Assembly (NCBI RefSeq): GCF_009914755.1
Contig: NC_060931.1
Direction: 5' to 3' (one strand)
Source: the human T2T-CHM13v2.0 reference genome, Homo sapiens
DNA: 64,000 bases
Part shown: positions 1-11,895 of the stretch, piece after piece
Layout of the letters: each line of letters opens with the position of its first letter
Position numbering within the stretch: position 1 is the stretch's first letter
Program-made: the position numbers and the translations under genes
The notes under the pieces: generated by a model
Told to the model about the DNA's origin: nothing
What the model saw: the letters and a program-made list of their open reading frames with translations, nothing else
Databases searched by the model: none

Positions 1-268
1 AGAGAAAGCAGGAAAGATGTAAAATTGACACCCTAACATCACAATTAAAAGAACTAGAGAAGCAAGAGCAAACACATTCAAAAGCAACTTAAAGTATAAT
101 TAAAAAAAAGAAAAAAACACATTCAAAAGCTAGCAGAAGGCAAGAAATAACTAAGATCAGAGCAGAACTGAAGGAGATAGAGACATAAAAAACCCTTCAA
201 AAAATCAATGAATCCAGGAGGTGGTTTTTTGAAAAGATCAACAAAATTGATAGACCGCTAGCAAGACT
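1..268 (+). mobile_element. L1PA ORF2 fragment (post-endonuclease region) running off the window start; contains a nested micro-insertion at 86-114
   Basis: Translates as [46 protein letters not shown]..., near-identical to the reverse complement of the in-window L1 at ~45700-45915. Ends abruptly at ...ctagcaagact. Confidence 0.93.
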
Positions 269-857
269 GTTAAAACTAAAATGGAAGTTACACACAGCCT
301 ATTGGCCACAAAGTTTAGGAAAAGTAGAACGCATGAACCGGACACTCAAGCAGCTACTGAAGAAATATTGCCAAGAAACTCATCTAAGATGGGATCAGGT
401 CTTGCCTATGGTCCTCCTCCGAGTCAGGTGCACCCCCACCAAACAAACTGGGTATTCACCCTGTGAAATTTTGTTCGGTGGGCCTCCCCCAATCATAAGT
501 CAAATAAAAGGTACTCTCCGGGAACTAGAGAAATTAACTTTAAGAAAGCAAATGCAGGCGTTAGAAATAGCCATGCAAGAGGTTCATGGCTGGGTACGAG
601 AAAGAATGCCTATAAGGCTGACAGGCCCAGTACACCCCTTTAAACCTGGAGACTCTGTTTGGGTTAAAAAGTGGAATCCAACTTCTCTAGGACCCATATG
701 GGATGGGCCCTATACTGTAATCTTGTCCACTCCCACTGCTGTTAAAGTTGCAGGTGTTTTACCTTGGATCCACCACAGTTGGCTAAAACCGGCAGCTCAG
801 GACAAGTGGACCAGTCAGCAGGACCCAGATCACCCAACCTGGTTGATCCTGAGATGA
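269..857 (+). pseudogene. Class I (gamma-like) ERV pol remnant, integrase C-terminal half
   Basis: Frame reads [27 protein letters not shown]...[27 protein letters not shown], which includes the integrase catalytic E region and the GPY/F motif. Confidence 0.92.
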
Positions 858-1080
858 GACCAAGCTGCTGCTAAAGATGACTGCCCTGCTCTGGTCACTC
901 CGGAAGCTGACTACTCTACCCACGGCTGAAGCTTGAGGACTCATCAAGCAAGTAAATGTGGTTAGAAATCTTAGAGCTAGTAGCTTTCCTTGTAATACTA
1001 ACTGTTTTCCTGTTGTTCTGTCGCTGTGCCCAATCTCCTCCCCCAGGTAAAGACCTCTTCTATCCTTGCTGAATATAAAT

Positions 1081-3052
1081 ATGCTGTACATTGTTTTGCT
1101 GTTGTTACCCCCCCTAACTATGCTAGAAGAAGCACCTATAGAAGGATGTCCCCACTGTACACATACTACCTGGTCAGGGAACAGTATAACTAAAACTCTA
1201 TTGTGCCATACTTATTATGAGTGTACAAGGACTCGCTTAGGAACTTGTATTTATAATCAGACCTCCTACTCAATTTGTGACCCAGGAAATAACCAACCTT
1301 ATGTATGTTATGACACCAAGTTTTCACCTGGTAAATGGTTTGAAATCCATGCAGGGTCAAAGGACTGTTCCCTCTTAAACCAAACCAAGGTCCCTCCCTT
1401 TTACCTAGGGCCTATTTCTCTATATTTTGATGCTTGTCAGGTAGCATACCTAGACTCACCCGTCTGTCGTAACCTACCTTTAAAAAGAGACTATAAAAAT
1501 GACTACAAATATGTATGCAAGTCACCTCGTCCCCCTGGGACCCCAGAAAAAGATTGTCAGTATTGCATATCGTGGCACCCTAGCACACAACAAAGGCCAA
1601 TTATGCTTACCAAAATGATGGTAAAACCAGATTGTAAAACAAAAACCTGTGATCCTATAAATTTCACCATTCTAAGGCCAAACCTACCCATGTGGACTGC
1701 AGGTTACCCCACACATGTCTACATACACACATACCCAGCAACCTACCTATATGTTATCAAAAAGGAAACCCGGACCCATCTGGCCCAGCAACAATTCTGA
1801 GTCTTTAAATCATTCTATAAGCATGTAGACTAAAAGTTACCAGAGCCTCCTCCTTTAACCAAAAACCTGTTTGCTCAGCTGGCTGAAAACATTGCTGGCA
1901 GCCTAGGCATTTCCTCATGTTATGTTTGTGGAGGAACTAACATGGGAGACCAATGGCCTTAGGAAGCAAAAAAGTTAATGCCACAAAATTATTTTACTCT
2001 GACCCTGAACTGACACCCATAAGTTCAAGCATCTGGCTCCTAAAAACTTCTATTACAGAAAGATACTCTGTTGCTCACTGGGGAAAGGCTTTTACAGACC
2101 CAGTAGGAGAACTAACCTGCTTAGGACAGCAATATTATAATGAAACACTACGGAAAACTTTGTGGCAGGGCAAAGATAACTCCAAATCACCTCATCCAAA
2201 TCCATTCTCCCATTTCTCTTCTCTAAACCATACCTAGTATCGGCATAAAGCTCCAAATACCTGGCAAGCACCCTCTGGTCTCCGCTGGATCTGTGGGCCA
2301 TGGGCCTACCAACAGTTGCCAGCCAAATGGACAGGGGCTTGTGTACTTGGAACAATTAGGCCATCTTTCTTCTTACTCCCACTGCAACAAGGAAAAACTT
2401 TAGGGTGTCCTGTCTATAATAAAATTTTAAACAAAACACAAAAGAAATAGAGACATAAAAAAAGACACAAAAATAGAAAATTAAAAAGACACAGATTGGC
2501 TCCCTGAAAGAATAATTCAGTACTATGGGCCAGCTAGGCACAAGATGGGTCGTTGGGATACCGTACCCCAATTTACATGCTTAACCACATCACAAGGTTG
2601 CAGGCAGTACTTAAAATCATCACTAATGAAACAGCAAACGCATTGGATTTACTGCCCAGCAAGCCACAAAAATAAAAAATGCCATCTACCAAAAGAGTTT
2701 AGCTTTAAACTACCTCCTAGCCCAGGAAGGAGAAGTATGAAAAAAGTTTAATCTAACTAATTACTGCCTAAAAATTAATAACAACGGGAAAGCTATGATG
2801 AAAATAACTGCAAAAACAAAAAAATTAGCCCATGTTCCAGTCCAAACTTGGAAGGGGTGGACTTCTAATTCCTTCTTTGAAGGCTGGTTTTCTGTCTTCG
2901 GTGGATTCAAAACCTTAATAGGAGTAGTTCTAGCCATACTAGGAATTTGTTTAATACTCCCTTGCCTCTTACCCCTCCTTATTAAAAGCATCCAATCAAC
3001 TATAAAAGCCATTGTAACTAGGCAAACTACCACTCAGCTAATGGCTCTGTGA
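1081..3052 (+). pseudogene. ERV3/HERV-R-like env, disrupted by stops and frameshifts
   Basis: Signal peptide then [53 protein letters not shown], an ISD-like YQKSLALNYLLAQEG and TM anchor [22 protein letters not shown]. Collinear with ERV3-1 Env as recalled. First stop at 1798-1800. Confidence 0.9.
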
Positions 3053-3160
3053 ATATCAGCCTGTGCCTAAAAAAGAAGATCTGCTCTTTCATAAAAAATC
3101 AAATAATAGGGATGCTTTCTATTAAAATCTTGTTTATAAAAAAAGCATCAAAGGGGAAAC

Positions 3161-3696
3161 TGAGGCAGAAATTTAAGGAAAAATAAATACTGCATTTATT
3201 CACTCCAAGAAAAGTAAGGGTTAAGTAAGAAACACAAGTTTTCCTCTACTGCAAGCAAGGCTGTAGACAGGTTGTAGTGACCTAGCCTGCAAAAATGAGC
3301 TCCAGACACCCCTGAGCAAGGTTAAAAGAAAAAAAACAAATTCCTTTACTGTCTCTCCTGTACTGAACTATTAGTTATGACTATGTTTGCCAATGCTTAT
3401 ATTTAGTAAAATTTATAAATTCCTGTTTTTCTTTCAACGTAGCTGGAAGGTCACTAGCTATACAAGGCCACAAGTTATGCCAAGTCAACAGTTATGCCAT
3501 AAATTACATGACTTGTAATTTATGTAATTACCGCCTTTGTTTTGCTCTTGTATACTAGCCTATATAAGCTAAACTCTGTCTTTGTTTGGGGCTCAGGTTT
3601 TTAAATGTGAATCCACTGAGCCAGTGCGTACCTTAAAATAAATATCCTCCTATATTCACCCATACTTGTCTCTCTAGTCCTCTGCGTCCCCCAACA
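3161..3696 (+). mobile_element. 3' LTR of the ERV3-like provirus (~536 bp)
   Basis: PPT aaaggggaaa at 3150-3159, LTR starts TGAGGCAG and ends CCAACA. TATATAA at 3561-3567 and AATAAA at 3637-3642. Confidence 0.85.
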
Positions 3697-3719
3697 ATAT
3701 AAATGACAATATTTGCTAC

Positions 3720-3880
3720 CATTTATTGCATCATGGTGCTAAGCACATCACAGACAGCTGGCTTACTCCTTACCACAGCCTTCAGTGATTACAGATGGGG
3801 AACACAGGCTCAGAGAGGTTAAGTAACTAGGAATTGAGGCCAGACCTATTTAGCTCCATAATTTGCCATTCTTAACTACT
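3720..3880 (-). repeat. MIR fragment
   Basis: MIR core-like ttacagatggggaacacaggctcagagaggttaagtaact. Confidence 0.65.
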
Positions 3881-3926
3881 GTTAGATATGCTAATTCCCA
3901 GAATCATAAATGCACATCTGGAGGAC

Positions 3927-4298
<372 letters not shown>

Positions 4299-5267
4299 TA
4301 GAGCTTTTAGTTGAATTTGGATAGCTTTCATTAAATTCCCCCCCAGCATTTTGCTTAAGGAGAAACAAAGGTCCAGAAAGACGTACCTGGAATCATATTG
4401 TTTTGTTGTTGTTGTTGTTGTTGTTTTTGTGCTTTGAAGAGAGCGGTACTAGAATCATATTGTTACCTCCTAATTAGGGGGCTAGAACCTAGGGCCCCTG
4501 GTTTCAAATTAAGTCCTCAATTAGCCCTTTGATGAATCAGAGACACACAAGAATATTCTATACATCTTTTTTTTTTTCCTCCTAGATTGAGTGGGTAAAT
4601 AAATCAGGAGGAAGTTAGGGAAGGGGGCAATTAATGGCTGGTGCTATTGCAAGCTAGTGGTGGTAGGTTTGACTTCTGGGGAGTGGATTGTTAGTTATCA
4701 AGGCAAGAGGAGCCACTGGTCACCCTCCCCCGCATTCCTGTCTGTAGCCTAGGTCCCACAGTTTGGGAACCTCCTTAAGGGATGGCTGTCACACTTCCAG
4801 CAGTGGGAACCGGGTGCATAGGCCTGTTCTTGCTTCTCTTTCCTTAGCGCCCCTTCCACTTATGATGCCCACAGACCCACCCTTGGGCAGATTTCTGTGG
4901 AAGCCTCTCACTTGGGGATAAAGCCTGTCTATATGTAGAGGTGACTGTGGTCCCTCAAGGCAGGCAGCTGCAAAAATCTCAAAGGACAGAGAAGATGGTT
5001 GTAGAAGCAGTACCATGGGACCCTTCAATGGCTCTGTGGGCTGATTTCCAAGCTCCACCCCTCTCCCCTTGGTCACAGGGCCACCTGACTTCCCTTTGGT
5101 TCTTCGAGGTTATACAACATCCCCACCTGCCAAACCTCATACCAAACTCCTTCCTATGTTTAGGGCTTTATTTGGCCCCCTCCTCTAAGGCTTTCTCTGG
5201 CCTTCCCTTCCTCTCCAGGGTAGTTGCATGCTATGTGTGCCTCTGGTAATCTTTTTTTTTTCATGGC

Positions 5268-5567
5268 TTTTTTTTTTTTTTTTTTTTGACAGAGTCTCCC
5301 TCTGTCGCCCAGGCTGGAGTGCAGTGGTGCCATCCTGGCTCACTGCAACCTCTGCCTCCTGGGTTCAAGCCATTCTCCTGCCTCAGCCTCCTGAATAATC
5401 TGGGACTACAGGCATGCACCATCACACCCAGCTAATTTTTGTATTTTTAGTAGAGATGGGATTTTACCACATTGGCCAGGCTGGTCTCGAATGCCTGACC
5501 TCAAGTGATCCCCCCGCCTCGGCCTCCCAAAGTGCTGGGATTACAGGTGTGAGCCACCGTGCCCGGT
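5268..5567 (-). mobile_element. AluS
   Basis: Full dimeric Alu in antisense with polyT. Confidence 0.92.
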
Positions 5568-6279
5568 CATTTCTTGCATGGCTTTGCCACACTTTGAAAC
5601 TGCACATTTTGATTTCTTATCATGGGTGTTTTTTTAAAAAAAATTGAAATTGCACATTTATATGTTCCCATGTTGGGTCCCCCTCATTACGTATTCAGCC
5701 AGTAAGGGCAGGATATTTGTGTCCGCTTTCCCAGGGTCCAGCACATGACCTAGCTTGATCAGTACATATTATTGAGCCTCGACAAATATGAGATTGGGCT
5801 CAAGAAATATTTATTGGGCTCAGTGAGTATTATTGAATGAATGAATATGGCCTTTCCGGAGCCTTTCCCCAAGGTCCAACACAATTGCCGAATTAATGCA
5901 GCCGAGGACACAGCATCCAGTTCCTACTCCTGCAGCCCAGTTACCCCCATCCAACACCACCCCCCTACCCAACCCCCGCTGAAAAGCGGACCTGTGTTCA
6001 GAACCTGCCTTCATACTTTTCAGCCATGCTCTTTGGAATAATGAAAGATACGAAGAAGTCAGTGGGAAGATAGACATGGGGAGGGGGACATAGAGGGTGC
6101 CTTTGCGTTTTGCTACCCAGGACCCAGGACTCAAGGGCAGGGTGGTCTTGGCCTGGGGTCGCCGTCCTCTTTAAGGGGCGGGTCAAGGGACCCTGGCTGC
6201 CCGGGCCTCTGCCACCGACCCTCTGCTCCCTCCGACCCTCACCGCCCAGCACCCAGCCCTCTGCCCCCACCGGCCACCC

Positions 6280-6930
6280 TGTAACAGCCCAGCGGGTTCA
6301 CCTTGCCTGCTGCCTAGACAGAGCCGATTTATCAAGACAGGGGCATTGCAATAGAGAAGGAGTAATTCACACAGATCAGGCTGCGCGGGACACTGGGCAG
6401 AGTTTTTAAGGACAACTTGGTGGGTGGGGGAAGGCCAGTGAGTCGAGAGTGCTGATTGGTTGGGTCGGAGGTGAAATCTTAGGGAACTGAAGCTGTCCTC
6501 TTGTGCTGAGTTAGTTCCGGAGTGGGGGCCTAAGATCAGATGACCTGGTTTATCGATCTGGTAGGTGTCAGTTGATCCATCAAGTGCAGGGTCTGCAAAA
6601 TATCTTGAGCACTGATCTTATTAGCAGTTTAGGGAGGGTCAGAATACTGTAGCCTTGCTGCCTGACTCCTAAATCATACTTTCTAATCTTTTGGTTAATT
6701 TGTTAGTCCTACAAAGACAGTCTATTCCCCAGGCAAGAAGGAGGTTTGTTTTCAGAAAGGGCTGTTATCATCTTTGTTTTAAACTATAAAGTATAAACTA
6801 AGTTCCTCCCAAAGTTAGTTCAGCCAACGCCCAGGAATGAACAAGGACAGCTTGGAGGTTAGAAGCAAGATGGAGTTGGTTAGGTCAGATCTCTTTCATT
6901 ATCTGTTATAATTTTGCAATGGCGGTTTCA
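6280..6930 (-). mobile_element. Solo LTR8 (ERV1 class)
   Basis: Reverse complement begins TGAAACCGCCATTGCAAAATTATAAC...GAAAGAGATCTGACCTAACC and ends ...GGGCTGTTACA, matching LTR8 termini as recalled. Flanked by ACCC/ACCT (4-bp TSD, 1 mismatch). Confidence 0.85.
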
Positions 6931-8000
6931 ACCTAGTGGCCGAACCCGTCCCATCCATCTCCCGCGCCCCTCCGCTCCACCACAGCCCTCGGTGCCTCGG
7001 TTCCCTGCACCTGCACTCCCGCCCGCCCCCGACGCTCCGCCCCCGACGCTCCGCCCGCCCTCCACGCTCCGCCCCGCCCTCCCGGCCCCCGCCTGCGCCC
7101 GCGCCCTGGGCTGGTGCCCGCCACCCCAGCGATCTCATACTGGCCCCTGGGCGCACGGTGACCCTGCGGCTGCCCGGCCCCTGCCTCCGCCCGCGCGGCC
7201 CCCTCGCTCAGGTCGCGGGCGCCCGGGGCCTGGCTTCGCGTGGGTCCTGGCTCCTCCCGTTCCGCAGTTGGTGCCGTCTGACAGCCCCTTCCGCGCGGCG
7301 CGGCGCGGCGCGGCGGGTGTCGGGCGGGGCGCGGGCCTCCGGCCTGAGGCCCGGCGAGGTGCTGGAGGGAGCGGGGCGCGGATCCGGCCCAGATGGGCAG
7401 CTCCGTCCGCGGGGTCAGGGCCGGGCTTCGGCTTCACCGCAGCCTCGCCTGAGCGGGCGCCTCTGAAGTGGAGGGCGGGCCGCCTGGGCCGCGGGCCTCG
7501 GGAGGATGGTGGCGCCCTGGCGCGTCTCCGTCAGGGTTTGCCTGTCGCACCTGAGGTGCTTCGAGCTCAGACAGGGACTCAGCCTCCTGAGGCCCTCCGA
7601 GTGCCCTCGCGATGCCAGGCTCTGCTGGCTTCTGCTGGGCACTTTGCCCAAGGTCGTCTCCCTGTGCGGGGACGTGGGTGAGGGGGCCCCTGACGTTCTG
7701 AGTCGGCGAAGGGTCCGCTGCAGCGGGGCGGCTGGCGCGGGGCCCGCGGAGAGCCTCCCCCGAGCGGGACCTCTGGGCGGCGTCTTCCTGCATCTCCGCC
7801 TCTGGCTTCGCGCCGGCGCTCTGTTGGTGAAATTCTTCCCCCTCCTACTCCTCTACCCCCTCACCTACCTGGCTCCCAGCGTCTCCACCCTCTGGCTCCA
7901 CCTGCTTCTGAAAGCCACCGAGACCTCAGGCCCAACCTACATCAAACTGGGCCAGTGGGCCAGCACCCGGCGCGATCTGTTTTCGGAGGCTTTCTGTGCC
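6931..8000. promoter_or_regulatory. ADCK2: CpG island and ADCK2 promoter with multiple GC boxes
   Basis: Very high GC and CpG density, repeated ccgccc Sp1 sites at 7020-7100, (GGCGC)n at ~7295-7314, no TATA. Spans the start codon at 7506. Confidence 0.88.
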
Positions 8001-8438
8001 CAATTTTCCAAGCTGCATGTCCGAGTGACGCCCCACCCGTGGACTCACACTGAGCGCTTCCTTCGGCAGGCTTTTGGGGATGACTGGGGGAGCATCCTCT
8101 CTTTTGAGAACCGGGAACCTGTGGGCTCAGGCTGCGTGGCCCAGGTGTACAAAGCATACGCCAACACTGCCTTCCTGGAGACTGACAGCGTCCAGAGACT
8201 TGGCAGGGCCTCCTGTCTGCCGCCCTTCTCACATACTGGGGCAGTCGGTGGGCTGAGAGAGCTCTTTGGATACCTTGGAAATGGCCGGAAACCTCCAGAA
8301 AATCTCGCAGACCAGTCGTTTCTAGAAAGGCTGCTCCTCCCTAAAGCTGACCTGGTTGGATCAAATGCAGGGGTGTCTCGGGCTCAGGTCCCTGGCCACC
8401 AACCTGAGGCCACCAACCTCATCTCCGTGGCAGTGAAA
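7506..8438 (+). CDS. ADCK2: ADCK2 coding exon 1 (311 codons), aarF/UbiB-domain atypical kinase
   Basis: Strong Kozak aggATGg, MVAPWRVSVRV..., UbiB KxGQ motif (YIKLGQW), VGSGCVAQVYKA, ends VAVK then gtaagt donor. Confidence 0.96.
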
Positions 8439-8785
8439 GTAAGTGTTGTGAGAGCTCACAGCTCACCTACCCACTGAGCTATCCCAGATCAGAAACAACC
8501 GCCATGCAAATCGCCCCCACGTTTATTTCTATTTGCCTGACCAATATCTGAGTGCTTATTTCATGCAAGCTGTTTCATTTATTGGCTTGAAGTGGCGGTG
8601 TGAATAGTCTGATAGAGGAAAATGAACTGAGTCTGGAGTGAACTAACTGCTTGGGTGTCGGGACCACATCCTCTTTTCTTTGATAAGAAGCCACCTGGCT
8701 CTTGCTTGGATGGTGGGACCCAGCCCTGGCTGGGTAAAATGTGTCCAGCAGGTTTCTCCTGTCTCACGGTTCCTCTTTCTGACAG

Positions 8786-8932
8786 GTGTTGCACCCTGGC
8801 CTGCTCGCTCAGGTGCATATGGACCTGCTGCTGATGAAGATTGGCAGCCGAGTCCTGGGAGTTTTGCCAGGCATCAAGTGGCTTAGCTTGCCTGAGATTG
8901 TGGAGGAATTTGAGAAGCTGATGGTCCAACAG
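8786..8932 (+). CDS. ADCK2: ADCK2 exon 2 (49 codons)
   Basis: ttctgacag|GTGTTGCAC (VLHPGLLAQVHMDLL...EEFEKLMVQQ)|gtgagt. Confidence 0.95.
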
Positions 8933-9039
8933 GTGAGTTCTCCTCCCCTCAGCTGTAAATAGCACCTAACATAGTTCTTGCCATTAGCTGCTACTTAGTA
9001 AATGTTGAATGAATAATTTTCTGGTATGTCATAACTCAT

Positions 9040-9860
9040 GTGATGTGTTAGAGCTGGTAACACTAGCTGATAAAGAACATCCAAATCTCAGTGGCTTAAT
9101 GCAACAAATTAATTTTTTGCTTATATCAAAGTTCTGGCCGGGCGTGGTGGCTCATGTGTGTAATCCTAGGACTTTGGGAGGCTCAGGCAGGTGGATCACT
9201 TGAGGCCAGGAGTTCGAGATCAGCCTGGCCAACATGGTGTAACCCTGTCTCTACTGAAAATACAAAAATTAGCTGGGCGTGGTGCTGCATGCCTGTAATC
9301 CCAGCTACTCAGGAAGCTGAGGCATGAGAATTGCTTGAACCCAAGATGGAGGTTGCAGTGAGATGACATCATGCCACTGCACTCCAGCCTGGCGACAGAG
9401 TGAGACTCCATCTCAAAAGAAAAATAAAAACAAAAAACAAAGTTCTATGCAGGTGAACTGAGGCAGAGAAAGGGAGCTCTTTATTTTATTATTTTAAAAA
9501 CAGAGACAGGGTCTTGCCATTGTTGTCCAGGCTGATTTTGAACTCCTGGGCTCAAGCCATTCTCCCTCCTCGGCCTTCCAAAGTGCTGAGATGACAGAAC
9601 TAAGCCACCGTACGGTCAAGAGAGGGAGCTCTACTCCCTAGTTTCAGGGGACTCAATTTCTTCCCAAGTTTGGCACTGCCTCCTTCAACATGTGTCATCT
9701 GGGGTCAGTGTGGATTGGAGGCAGAGGCCATGCAGGGTCATGTAATAAATTTTGTGGCCAGGCCTGGAAGTGGCAAACATCACTTCTTTCCTGTTCACTG
9801 ATCAGAGCTGTAACTGCCTGGGCCCAGTGTAACTGTGAGCTTGGGAAATACAGTCTTCCT
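9040..9860. repeat. Old MaLR (MLT1-like) fragments interrupted by AluS (+, 9136-9440) and a FLAM/Alu monomer (-, ~9480-9620)
   Basis: Alu flanked by caaagttct TSD and monomer flanked by agggagctct. MLT1-like phrases aatctcagtggcttaatgcaacaaa and ggcctggaagtggc. Confidence 0.65.
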
Positions 9861-10219
9861 TTGTGACAAGGAAATGATTCTGGTGGAGAACATCTAGCAT
9901 TATTTCTGCCATAATCAATGACTCCAGAGTGAGAAAATAATTAGCAAAGTCACATACTGTGCCTTTGTTCTGCTTTGATTCCAGGGCAATTGAGTCAACA
10001 AGGACCTCCTTCATGCTCAGGGCCCTTGGGACCTTTGTATAAGGATACAGACTTAGCAAACACACTGGGGTGGTCGGGGCTCCACTTAGGTACCTGTTGG
10101 CTCCTTGTTGGGTAGTGCAGGAATTGGGAGGTTTTCAGAAGCAACCTGCCGAGTATTTGTTTGGAGGCTCTGATTTAAGATTTTAAGTCCTAGGGATTCA
10201 TTCCAATGTTTAGAAAGTC

Positions 10220-10570
10220 TCTTAGTCTGTTCGGACAGAATCCCATAAACTAAGTAGCTTACATACAACAGAAATGTATTTCTCGAGGTTCTGGAGGCTG
10301 AAAATTCCAGATCAAGGCATCGGCAGATTCGATGTCTGGTGAGGCCCCACTTTCTGGTTCATAATTGGCACCTTCTGTGTCATCACATGGTAGAAGGGGT
10401 AAGGGGTCTGTCTTGGGTCTCTTGTGTAAAGGCGCTGATTCATTCATGCAGGCTCTGCTCTCATGACCTAATCACCTCCTAAAGGCCCCATCTCCTAATA
10501 CCATCACCTTAGGGCTTAGCATTTCAACAAAGGAATTTTGGGGGGACACAAACATTCATAGCTACAGAGC
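10220..10570 (-). mobile_element. MaLR LTR (MLT1A/MST-like)
   Basis: Typical caacagaaatgtatttctc..gttctggaggctg..tcatgacctaatcacctcctaaaggcccca..ggggggacacaaacattca. Confidence 0.75.
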
Positions 10571-10914
10571 AATGTAATTTGATAATAAAAGCAAATTAAA
10601 ACAGAGAAAATAGCATCGATTCCAACAACCATCTCTGCATTAATTCCTCTCAGTCCTGCCACTCATCTGAGTTTCAGTTCCCCTTGCGGAAGTCTGACAG
10701 ACATCATGTGGTTCCATCACTTCAAACTCACATCTCTGAATCACACCCCATTTGTCTTAAAAATCAGCTCTTCCTACTAAGCCTGTGTCCGTCTCTCAGT
10801 AGTCCCATCATGTTCCTAGGCTGGAAGCCTTAGAGTTGTGGGTCTGGGTATAGTGTGTGAGTGTCTCTCCATTCATTTATAAGTTTATGTAACAGTGACT
10901 AAAAACTCTGTTAG

Positions 10915-11895
<981 letters not shown>

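Noticed and set aside
4432-4444. ctttgaagagagc resembles L1 5'UTR sequence at the 622 splice acceptor
   Set aside because: Only 13-14 nt, and in the wrong orientation relative to the T-tract. Probably chance.
6899-7793. Long Pro/Arg/Gly-rich ORFs on both strands (e.g. 6914-7681, 6936-7466)
   Set aside because: Stop-codon depletion in a CpG island. The frame shared with ADCK2 is closed by TGA at 7464-7466, so there is no N-terminal extension.
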